From Rickettsiales bacterium (GTDB taxonomy: Bacteria; Pseudomonadota; Alphaproteobacteria; Rickettsiales; UBA8987): DNA of 24,000 nucleotides. Under the pieces are notes generated by a model, which was not told the origin of the DNA, searched no databases, and was given only the letters and a program-made list of their open reading frames with translations. How positions within the stretch are numbered: the stretch's first letter is position 1; every line of letters begins with the position of its first letter. Below are positions 1-6,219 of the stretch, one piece after another. Position numbers and translations under genes: made by a program. The stretch covers positions 9,494-33,493 of the forward strand of contig JANRLM010000010.1 of assembly GCA_033762595.1 (NCBI GenBank), in the 5' to 3' direction.

Positions 1-344
1 GTTTTGCCAGTGCCGTTAACCCCAACAAACATAAGGCATAGGGGCTTTTTAGAAAAATCTAAACCATTATCAACCCCAGATTTACTTAGGATATTTAAGA
101 TTTCTTCAGAAAGGCTTTGCTTTATTTCTTCTTCAGTAACTTCTTTATCAAATTTCTTTTTTCTAATGCCTGCGATAATTTCAGCGGAAGTTTTAACCCC
201 CATATCAGCCATAATTAAAATTTCTTCTAGCTCATTAAGGGCTTCATCATCTAATTTTCTTTTGGTAAAAACGCTAGAAATTCCCTCGCTTATAGCCTTG
301 GAAGATTTGCTCAAACTCTCTTTTATTCTTCTAAATAAATTCAT
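1..344 (-). CDS. ftsY: Signal recognition particle receptor FtsY, N-terminal part (gene runs off the left edge of the window)
   Basis: Absent from the ORF track because there is no stop in the window. My minus-strand translation from the ATG at 344-342 reads MNLFRRIKESLSKSSKAISEGISSVFTKRKLDDEALNELEEILIMADMGVKTSAEIIAGIRKK...KKPLCLMFVGVNGTGKT. That is an FtsY-type N-domain followed by the GxxGxGKT P-loop. The plus-strand ORF 4..348 is its antisense shadow. Confidence 0.8.
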   Translation of the reverse strand, partial: MNLFRRIKESLSKSSKAISEGISSVFTKRKLDDEALNELEEILIMADMGVKTSAEIIAGIRKKKFDKEVTEEEIKQSLSEEILNILSKSGVDNGLDFSKKPLCLMFVGVNGTGK

Positions 345-348
345 TTAA

Positions 349-996
349 TTACGACTTCAAATAATTTACAAATTTCTCAAATGCTTTAGCACGATGAGAA
401 ATTTGATGCTTAAATTCTGGCTCAATTTCAGCAAAAGTTTTGTTATGCCCTTCCGCAATAAAAATTGGATCATAACCAAAGCCGGCATCTCCGCGGGGTG
501 GAAAGGTTAGCGTGCCAAAAACTTTACCTTCAAAAATTTTATATTCACCATTTGGAAAATACAAACATAAAGCACAAGTAAAATTTGCAGAAAGCAATTT
601 TTTGTTATAATCCGCGATATCTTGCCCTTCATATCTAGTATTTATCCCGTTTTCATTTAATGCATCTTCAACTTTTTGCATTGCAAGGTTGAAATCTTTT
701 TTAACACCACCCCATCTCGCAGAGTAAATCCCCGGCATATTATTTAGTGAATGAACTTCAATTCCAGAATCATCTGAAAGACATATTTTACCAGATTTTT
801 CAGAATAATATTTAGCTTTTATAAGGGCATTTTCAGCGAAGGAATCACCAGTTTCTTCAGGCTCATCTATATTGCCAAGAATTTCTGTTGATAGAATTTT
901 ATAATTAAAAGGCGTCAGCAAATCCTTTATTTCCTTAACTTTTCCTTTGTTATTACTTGCAATTAATATCTCTTTTATCAAATTTTTATTATTCAT
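349..996 (-). CDS. rdgB: Non-canonical purine NTP pyrophosphatase (dITP/XTP pyrophosphatase, Ham1/RdgB family)
   Basis: 215 aa. N-terminal ILIASNNKGKVKEI, then FGYDPIF and ISHRAKA near the C-terminus, which is the typical RdgB/Ham1 layout. Only 4 nt separate it from the ftsY start. Confidence 0.85.
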   Translation of the reverse strand: MNNKNLIKEILIASNNKGKVKEIKDLLTPFNYKILSTEILGNIDEPEETGDSFAENALIKAKYYSEKSGKICLSDDSGIEVHSLNNMPGIYSARWGGVKKDFNLAMQKVEDALNENGINTRYEGQDIADYNKKLLSANFTCALCLYFPNGEYKIFEGKVFGTLTFPPRGDAGFGYDPIFIAEGHNKTFAEIEPEFKHQISHRAKAFEKFVNYLKS

Positions 997-1005
997 TTTT
1001 CTAAA

Positions 1006-1917
1006 CTATAAAACTAAAGCTAATACACTTATTATAATTAGGCTAATTCCTAATTTTTCAAGGTTTTTTATTTTTTCCTTAAATATAATTCTAGTTGCAA
1101 GTAGTGAGAAAATCAACTCAACTTGCCCAACCGCATTTACAAGTGATGCTGTTTGAATTGAATAAGCACTATACCAAAAAATTGAGGTTACAACACCTAT
1201 GACACCTAATAAAATTAACTCTTTAAGAGAAGAATAATTTTTGAAATCTTCAATTATAATTAGATTTTTAATTTTTAGGTAAATGGTTAAAAATGTAGCT
1301 TGAATGAGCATCACAGAAAATAATGTTAAGCCCGCTGAAATTGTGAATTTTGATTCCAAGCTAAGAGAGGCCTCCCTAATAAAAATTGCGGTGAAAGCGT
1401 GGAATATTCCAAGCGTTAAGCCAATTAGAGAGGTTTTTGTTTTTAAGTTTTCAAAACTTAAACCTCCAGAATTTCCAAGTAAAGAGAGGATTATTACACC
1501 TGAAGAGCCAATAATGATTGCGAAAAATTCAAACAAACTAATTTTTTCAGCAAATAAAATATAAGCAAAAATCGCCGCTAAAATTGCCTCAGTTTTGCTA
1601 TATGCTATGCCTACTGCAAAATTTCTATCTCTTAAAAGTGAGGTTTGCATTATAGAGCCAACTATCTGTGAAAGTCCTGCTAAACTGCAATAAAATAAGA
1701 ATTCAAAAGAGATGCTTGGTAAATTAAAATGTGAAATTGTTAAAAAAATAAGATAGATAAAAGCGATAGGAACGCCAAATAAAAACCTTCCCCAAGTTAT
1801 AAAAATTGGTGAGTATTTTTTTGCTAAATCTTTTTGCAAGCACGTTCTGACTGATTGCGAAATTGCTGCCAAAACTGCTAAAATTATCCAAGTTTCTAAC
1901 ATTTTTTTATGTTGCAT
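1006..1917 (-). CDS. EamA/DMT-superfamily membrane transporter
   Basis: 303 aa and almost entirely hydrophobic, with about 10 helix-length segments in a two-half arrangement typical of drug/metabolite transporters. Substrate unknown. Confidence 0.7.
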   Translation of the reverse strand: MQHKKMLETWIILAVLAAISQSVRTCLQKDLAKKYSPIFITWGRFLFGVPIAFIYLIFLTISHFNLPSISFEFLFYCSLAGLSQIVGSIMQTSLLRDRNFAVGIAYSKTEAILAAIFAYILFAEKISLFEFFAIIIGSSGVIILSLLGNSGGLSFENLKTKTSLIGLTLGIFHAFTAIFIREASLSLESKFTISAGLTLFSVMLIQATFLTIYLKIKNLIIIEDFKNYSSLKELILLGVIGVVTSIFWYSAYSIQTASLVNAVGQVELIFSLLATRIIFKEKIKNLEKLGISLIIISVLALVL

Positions 1918-2032
1918 TTAGAATGCTTATATTGAGTTGCTGAGGATTTTCAAAATAATTGTAAATTTTTCTTGAAATAAGGTAAATTTTGGATATTAGT
2001 TCACTTTCTTACAGCAAAGACAGCTTCAATTT

Positions 2033-2107
2033 GGCCCCGTCGTCTAGCGGTTAGGACATCGCCCTTTCACGGCGGTAGCACGGGTTCGAGTCCCGTCGGG
2101 GTCACCA
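2033..2107 (+). tRNA. tRNA-Glu (anticodon UUC), CCA encoded
   Basis: 75 nt: GGCCCCGTCGTCTAGCGGTTAGGACATCGCCCTTTCACGGCGGTAGCACGGGTTCGAGTCCCGTCGGGGTCACCA. The 7-bp acceptor stem GGCCCCG/CGGGGTC has one G-U pair. The anticodon loop is CTTTCAC, and the T-arm is CACGGGTTCGAGTCCCGT. It aligns position by position with the E. coli tRNA-Glu architecture. Confidence 0.92.
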
Positions 2108-2198
2108 TCTTAAGTTATTGATTTACATATTATTTCTTAAATTTCTTATTTGCAAAATCTCTTCTAAAAATTTGATTTGGGTAATATTTGGGTAATAA
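2090..2198 (+). repeat. Direct repeat copy A: tRNA-Glu 3' end plus ~90 nt downstream (candidate attL-side)
   Basis: GTCCCGTCGGG (2090-2100) and TGATTTACATATTATTTCTTAAATTTCTTATTTGCAAAATCTCTTCTAAAAATTTGATTTGGGTAATATTTGGGTAATAA (2119-2198) recur at 6220-6314, at roughly four-fifths identity by eye. Confidence 0.65.
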
Positions 2199-2371
2199 GC
2201 CGATTGAAAAATTCGCTACTATAACCATATAAAAAACACCCCCTAGGGGAGATTTTGAAATTTTGATTAGGCTTTATAGTGGTGCTTATACAAGATAAAC
2301 ACTAATATTGTTTTGGTACAATTTATTAATGGGGGGGGTAGCCCCTTGCAAGGGTGGGGTATAATATAGAT

Positions 2372-2734
2372 GGGTAGAGGCGGTTACACACTTTAGAGTT
2401 AAGGAATGTTTATTTTGATTGTTAAAAAGCAAATGGGGCAATAAGATAAATCTTAATGAATCTTAAAACTTGTTTGACTAACCTGAAATAATCTATTAGC
2501 CTTTCTTTTGTGCAGGGAAATCTGCATTGGGTGTCGAAACCTATTCAAGAAGCGGTTTACAACATATACCGTATAAAAATATGCCCTTCCTAGTCTTCAT
2601 GGCTGGGAGGTGGTTATACATGTCCAAGCTGTAAGGCTAAAAATAGCCACAGTCGCACTTCTTGTCGGCTTTCGAACTCCCAGCTACCATGAAAATATCT
2701 AACTAACCTTAAGATAAACGCTTGGTAGCTTTTT
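2372..2734 (+). ncRNA. Candidate structured RNA or long structured leader (unclassified)
   Basis: An ORF-free stretch that is visibly GC-richer than its surroundings. A perfect TATAAT lies at 2360-2365. Local hairpins: TGCAG-GGAAAT-CTGCA at 2511-2526 and CTGT..GGCT-AAAAAT-AGCC..ACAG at 2629-2652. A 9-bp long-range helix pairs GGCTGGGAG (2601-2609) with CTCCCAGCT (2677-2685). A terminal hairpin GCTACCA (2683-2689)/TGGTAGC (2723-2729) is followed by TTTTT. I recognise no known RNA family. Confidence 0.2.
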
Positions 2735-2761
2735 ATTATAATTAATAAAAGGGAGCTTTCT

Positions 2762-2953
2762 ATGAAGTCTAAAATTCTAACAATAATAATTGCAACTGGC
2801 GTTTTTCTTTCTGTAAGCAGTGCATTTGCTCAAGGCTATCAAAGGGTGAATGGCTATTACAAAAACAACGGAACTTATGTTCAGCCTCACTTTAGAACTC
2901 GTGCAGATGGCAACCCATATAATAATTATGGCAGTAGCTTAAACGGCAATTAA
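2762..2953 (+). CDS. Small secreted protein (signal peptide plus Gly/Tyr/Asn-rich mature part), function unknown
   Basis: 63 aa. MKSKILTIIIATGVFLSVSSAFA-QG is a classical Sec signal with an AxA site. SD GGGAG sits 6 nt upstream of the ATG, a TATAAT lies at 2737-2742, and a strong terminator follows. Confidence 0.6.
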   Translation: MKSKILTIIIATGVFLSVSSAFAQGYQRVNGYYKNNGTYVQPHFRTRADGNPYNNYGSSLNGN

Positions 2954-2960
2954 TTTATTG

Positions 2961-2992
2961 GGCTAGTGATGAAAAGTTACTAGCCTTTTTTT
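2961..2992 (+). terminator. Rho-independent terminator after the small secreted-protein gene
   Basis: Stem GGCTAGT(GA)/(TT)ACTAGCC spans 2961-2985 and is followed by a run of 7 T (2986-2992). Confidence 0.65.
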
Positions 2993-3045
2993 ATGTTAGT
3001 TTTTTCTGCACTTCTCTTACTTTTCTTGGTCTTGATTGCTTATCT

Positions 3046-3101
3046 TATCTACTCCAGCATAAAAGGAATAGAAGATGATTTAGATGGGTATTGAAGATAA
3101 A
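3046..3101 (+). repeat. 56-bp direct repeat, copy a (inner boundary repeat of the quorum-sensing cassette)
   Basis: TATCTACTCCAGCATAAAAGGAATAGAAGATGATTTAGATGGGTATTGAAGATAAA. This is identical to 6044-6099 except for 3 substitutions and has no indel. Confidence 0.8.
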
Positions 3102-3191
3102 AAATTTAATGTTTTTGCATGTAAAATAAATTGCAAAACCCTATAAATATTGGTTGCTGCCATTCTATTAAAACTAATTAGTTTGCTGTTT

Positions 3192-3374
3192 TCAAAAATA
3201 AGAAAGCAGACCTTCCATAATTACATCTTCATCTTGTGCATCAAATTTATCTATAAAATTTTGATGATATTTTTCAGGATAGATAATATTATCTTTTGTA
3301 TGAAATAATTCAATTCTAGGTTTAAAATCCATTTTTAATTGACAATTAATGTTTTTATAGCTTAGGTAGAACAA
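3192..3374 (-). CDS. Hypothetical small protein divergent from the XRE gene (46-60 aa depending on start)
   Basis: The track ORF starts at a TTG (3374). An internal ATG at 3332-3330 would give 46 aa (MDFKPRIELFHTKDN...). Neither start has a clear SD and no motif is recognisable. Weak call. Confidence 0.25.
   Translation of the reverse strand: MFYLSYKNINCQLKMDFKPRIELFHTKDNIIYPEKYHQNFIDKFDAQDEDVIMEGLLSYF
3335..3349. promoter_or_regulatory. 15-bp perfect palindrome TTAATTG-A-CAATTAA overlapping a consensus -35 (TTGACA, 3339-3344); candidate operator/promoter of the xre-luxR operon
   Basis: Read directly from the sequence. It lies ~45 nt upstream of the XRE start codon, in the divergent intergenic region. 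The downstream -10 is only weak. Confidence 0.3.
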
Positions 3375-3392
3375 AATCCAAGTTGTTCAACC

Positions 3393-3743
3393 ATGAATAG
3401 CAAAATTTTAGAAATCAGAGAAAGTATTTCTAATAACTTAAAAGAGCTCAGATTATCAAAAGGGCTGAGTCAAAAAGATGCTGGAAATGTTCTTTCTATT
3501 TCTCCTCAACAATATCAAAAATATGAAAAAGGGCAAGATAGAATGTCTGCTGATTCATTAATTCATCTTCTAAATGAGTTAGATGTAGATGTTTCAGTTT
3601 TCATGAATGAAGTTTACAAAAATTGTAATAATAATGATAAAAAAGAATCCTCAGATTTGGAGTTAATTGGTCTATTCAGCAATATTTCAAAAGAAAATAA
3701 GGAATTTTTATTAACAATGATGAAAATTATGTCTGGTAAATAA
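3393..3743 (+). CDS. XRE-family helix-turn-helix transcriptional regulator
   Basis: 116 aa. LKELRLSKGLSQKDAGNVLSISPQQYQKYEKGQDRMSADSLIHLL is a canonical HTH_3/Cro-C1 motif. Its stop is 17 nt before the luxR-type gene, so the two are probably co-transcribed. Confidence 0.75.
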   Translation: MNSKILEIRESISNNLKELRLSKGLSQKDAGNVLSISPQQYQKYEKGQDRMSADSLIHLLNELDVDVSVFMNEVYKNCNNNDKKESSDLELIGLFSNISKENKEFLLTMMKIMSGK

Positions 3744-3760
3744 CCAAAATATTTTAGGCA

Positions 3761-4501
3761 ATGTCGATATTAGAGGAGTTCATATTAAAATCTAATAGAA
3801 TCAATAATATTGATGAGCTTTTTATTGAATATAGAAAAACCCTTGAATATTTCGGTTTTGATAAAGTTGTTTATAGTTTAATTACTGATCACTACAAAGC
3901 TGGTCTTCAGGCCGGTCATGCAATAATGGGTAATTACCCGCAAGATTTTTTAAAACATTATATGGAAAAGGGCTATCAAAAGCTTGATCCTGTTCCCAAG
4001 CAAGCATTTAAGAGCGTTAAGCCATTTGCTTGGAAATCCATCTCAGAAGAAAGAGAACTTAACAAAGATGAGTTGCTAGTTATGAATGAAGCAGATGATG
4101 CTAAACTTCTTAGCGGAGTTGGAATACCTCTTTATGGTGCAAATGGGGAAATAGCAGGGGTTGGAATTGCAAGCTCAGAAAGAGATTTAGATTTGAATAT
4201 TGATATTTTATCAATGTTAAGGGCTATTACGCATCAATTTCACTTAGTTTACTTGGATTTATGCAAACGCCCAAATAATGATAATAAAATTGCCTTAACT
4301 AATAGAGAAAGAGAAATATTGTTGTGGTATGCATCTGGCAAGAAAGATGGCGATATTGCAGATATTATTGGAATATCATATGATTCTGTAAGGTTTCACT
4401 CAAAGAATATATTTAAGAAATTAGATGTTAATGACAGGGTTTTTGCAGTCGTAAAAGCCATAAGACTTGGATTAATAACTCCGAATTATGTTTTCAACTA
4501 G
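3761..4501 (+). CDS. luxR: LuxR-family quorum-sensing regulator (N-terminal autoinducer-binding domain plus C-terminal GerE/LuxR HTH)
   Basis: 246 aa. The C-terminus LTNREREILLWYASGKKDGDIADIIGISYDSVRFHSKNIFKKLDVNDRVFAVVKAI is the LuxR-type HTH. The N-terminal ~170 aa has the length and the Y/W/D-containing pattern of autoinducer-binding domains. Confidence 0.85.
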   Translation: MSILEEFILKSNRINNIDELFIEYRKTLEYFGFDKVVYSLITDHYKAGLQAGHAIMGNYPQDFLKHYMEKGYQKLDPVPKQAFKSVKPFAWKSISEERELNKDELLVMNEADDAKLLSGVGIPLYGANGEIAGVGIASSERDLDLNIDILSMLRAITHQFHLVYLDLCKRPNNDNKIALTNREREILLWYASGKKDGDIADIIGISYDSVRFHSKNIFKKLDVNDRVFAVVKAIRLGLITPNYVFN

Positions 4502-4503
4502 AT

Positions 4504-4525
4504 ATCCTACCTACCTTGGTAGGAT
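4504..4525. promoter_or_regulatory. lux-box-like inverted repeat ATCCTACC-TACCTT-GGTAGGAT upstream of the luxI-type gene
   Basis: Perfect 8-bp arms with a 6-bp spacer. It contains CT-N12-AG, the minimal las/lux-box pattern. Its centre is ~60 nt upstream of the luxI ATG, which fits a position near -42 relative to a short-leader promoter. It starts 3 nt after the luxR stop, so a terminator-hairpin role cannot be excluded, although no T-run follows. Confidence 0.45.
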
Positions 4526-4573
4526 GAATTAACTTTTGCTTTAAGGCATTCTCCCAAAAAACAGGGAGAGTAT

Positions 4574-5227
4574 ATGACTATAGAATGCGTTACCTTAGAA
4601 ACCAATCATCTTTTTGATGGCAACCCAATAGCAGAACAGCATAAACTTAGATATAGAAGTATAATTCAAAGACAAGGCTGGGAAGTGCCAACAATAAGAA
4701 ATCTTGAATTTGATCAATATGACAACCCTGCAACCACTTACCTCATTTGGCGAGATTATAATGGAATTGCGAGAGGTGTTTCTCGTTTATATCCAACAGA
4801 TAGACCATATATGTTAAAGGAAGTTTTTCCAAAATTAGCTGAAAATGTTCCACTTCCATCATCAGTAGATATATGGGAAGGAACAAGATTCTGCGTAGAT
4901 AAAGGCTTAGATGCCCCTTTAAGAAAAAGAATTATTCAAGAAATTATCCTAGGTTATTTAGAATATGGCTTGCAAGCTGGAATTAAAAAATATGTTGGTA
5001 TTATGCTTCCAATCTATTGGAATAATATATTTGAAAAAAATGGCTGGAAAGTTAGCTATTGGAGTGATGTTATAACAATCGATAACGGCGATAGAATTCG
5101 CTCTGGCGAGGTTGAAGTTTCAGAGGAAAATCTCGCTTTAGTAAGAAAAAAAACCGGTATCAATGAGTCAATTATAAACTATGGTAAATATGAAGGTGAA
5201 TATGCAAACAACAGAAAAGCAATCTAA
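4574..5227 (+). CDS. luxI: LuxI-family acyl-homoserine-lactone synthase
   Basis: 217 aa. RYRSIIQRQGWEVP...EFDQYD, GVSRLYPTDRPYMLKEVF and WEGTRFCVDK match the conserved LuxI-family blocks (R..F..R..W, E.D.YD, RL.PT...ML, WE.SRF.V). SD GGGAGA lies upstream. Confidence 0.85.
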   Translation: MTIECVTLETNHLFDGNPIAEQHKLRYRSIIQRQGWEVPTIRNLEFDQYDNPATTYLIWRDYNGIARGVSRLYPTDRPYMLKEVFPKLAENVPLPSSVDIWEGTRFCVDKGLDAPLRKRIIQEIILGYLEYGLQAGIKKYVGIMLPIYWNNIFEKNGWKVSYWSDVITIDNGDRIRSGEVEVSEENLALVRKKTGINESIINYGKYEGEYANNRKAI

Positions 5228-5495
5228 AAAAGTTGATGTTTCTACATTTATTAGTGCATTATACTTTTTGGTATCTGAATCAAATAAAGCCGGCAGTAAA
5301 AGCATCACTAAAATTTTAGAAAAAGCTTATTTGGATATAATATCTACCGCCAAGGAAGATGAATCCCTCTCTTTCGGAGAAGATATGTTAACAATGATGA
5401 ATTTTATTGGTAAATATTGCCAAAAAAATGACTTTGAAAGAAACGAATTTCTAAATATTGCAGAAAAAATTAATGAATTAAAAGCTTTGAATTAA
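5202..5495 (+). CDS. Hypothetical ~97-aa helical protein overlapping the 3' end of luxI
   Basis: The track ORF runs 5181..5495. I prefer the ATG at 5202 because AGGTG sits just upstream. It overlaps the luxI stop by 26 nt, which suggests translational coupling. No motif is recognised. Confidence 0.45.
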   Translation: MQTTEKQSKKVDVSTFISALYFLVSESNKAGSKSITKILEKAYLDIISTAKEDESLSFGEDMLTMMNFIGKYCQKNDFERNEFLNIAEKINELKALN

Positions 5496-5545
5496 ATTTG
5501 GTAAAATCTTAAAGACAATTTAATTCGAATTTGCATCAATAATTT

Positions 5546-5842
5546 CTAAAGCCTTTTTCTGAGTTTGCAAATTTCATCAAAAATAAATTCAATTTCGTCA
5601 ATGAGATTATAAATTTCTTTATCAGATAAAAAATCAGTTTTGAAGATTTCTTTACTTTTTAGGTCAACTGACTTTTCAAGAAGAGCCTCAAGCCTTTTTT
5701 GAAGGGTTTCAGGCAGTTGGTTAATTCTAAAATGAAGCAAAGATTGCAAACTTGCGTTGAGCTTTTTTCTAAAATCAGGCTCTTCTTTTTCTAGATCTTC
5801 AATTGCGAGGGCAAAAGCGAAGTAAGATTCTTCAATATTCAT
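5546..5842 (-). CDS. Hypothetical 98-aa acidic helical protein
   Basis: The ORF has AAGG ~8 nt upstream of its ATG and converges on the luxI-linked ORF. No motif is recognised. Confidence 0.45.
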   Translation of the reverse strand: MNIEESYFAFALAIEDLEKEEPDFRKKLNASLQSLLHFRINQLPETLQKRLEALLEKSVDLKSKEIFKTDFLSDKEIYNLIDEIEFIFDEICKLRKRL

Positions 5843-5851
5843 AAACTTGCC

Positions 5852-6046
5852 TTAACTTGAAATATTTTTATGATTAGATTTATTGCCAAATTTTTCAAGA
5901 ATATAATCTATAACACCAACATTTCTAATTAAACCAATTAGTTGGTTATAGCTTCCTTTTACATAGAAATTTTTAGGGTCTGATACCCAATAATACTCTT
6001 TTAGGATAGATTTTAGGTCTATCAGAAGTAATTTTCGTGAACCTAT
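5852..6046 (-). pseudogene. 5'-truncated gene remnant ending 10 nt upstream of the 98-aa ORF
   Basis: A minus-strand frame is open for 64 codons (...LKEYYWVSDPKNFYVKGSYNQLIGLIRNVGVIDYILEKFGNKSNHKNISS*) with no ATG, GTG or TTG start. The frame closes (TAG) at the edge of repeat copy b (6044). That is consistent with truncation at an insertion junction. Confidence 0.25.
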
Positions 6047-6099
6047 CTACTCCAGCATCAAAGGAATAGAAGATGATTTAGGTGTGTATTGAAGATAAA
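6044..6099 (+). repeat. 56-bp direct repeat, copy b
   Basis: TATCTACTCCAGCATCAAAGGAATAGAAGATGATTTAGGTGTGTATTGAAGATAAA. Matches 3046-3101 at 53 of 56 positions. Confidence 0.8.
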
Positions 6100-6219
6100 T
6101 AGCAATCTAAATTAAACCTATAGACATTATAAAAAAACTTGGGGGTATTTTTGGGGGTATCAGTTAAAATGAGATGGCGGATTATCCCTATATATCAATT
6201 TCTTAATAAATTAAGGCGT

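Larger units (their letters stand above)
2108..6219. mobile_element. Decayed tRNA-Glu-associated genomic islet (no integrase visible) carrying a quorum-sensing cassette
   Basis: Bounded by the intact tRNA-Glu 3' end and a second degenerate copy of that 3' end plus its downstream sequence. The cargo is accessory-type (XRE, LuxR, LuxI, small unknown ORFs). Core genes resume immediately after copy B. Confidence 0.5.

Noticed and set aside
4-348. 114-aa plus-strand ORF in the track
   Set aside because: It is the antisense shadow of ftsY. The minus strand gives an unmistakable FtsY N-terminus with a GVNGTGKT P-loop, while the plus-strand product is low-complexity (Ser/Leu/Ile-rich).
947-1564. Plus-strand ORFs 947..1156 and 1304..1564
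   Set aside because: They lie fully inside, and antisense to, the rdgB/EamA transporter genes. Their composition is low-complexity and typical of AT-rich antisense frames.
1972-1999. Sigma-70-like promoter for tRNA-Glu (TTGAAA-N16-TATTAG)
   Set aside because: It is plausible, but hexamers of this quality occur by chance very often in AT-rich DNA. It would also leave a ~30-nt leader, and nothing further supports it.
2601-2689. tRNA-like element (GGCTGGG...TTCGAA...CCCAGCT-ACCA), possibly class II tRNA or tRNA-Sec
   Set aside because: The TTCGAA has no flanking T-stem. No D-arm or anticodon arm can be drawn. The terminal pairing is just a continuous 9-bp helix. It is not a tRNA.
2372-2735. 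tmRNA (one-piece or permuted two-piece), given the ~360 nt size, the ACCA near the 3' side and a GCA-AAT (Ala-Asn) start at 2429
   Set aside because: There is no tRNA-Ala-like acceptor with G3:U70 and no T-arm. The candidate tag frame reads ANGAIR*, which lacks the hydrophobic LAA/VAA-type end.
5146-5153. A8 homopolymer inside luxI as a phase-variation tract
   Set aside because: It is short, lies near the 3' end of the gene, and A/T runs of this length are common throughout this AT-rich sequence.
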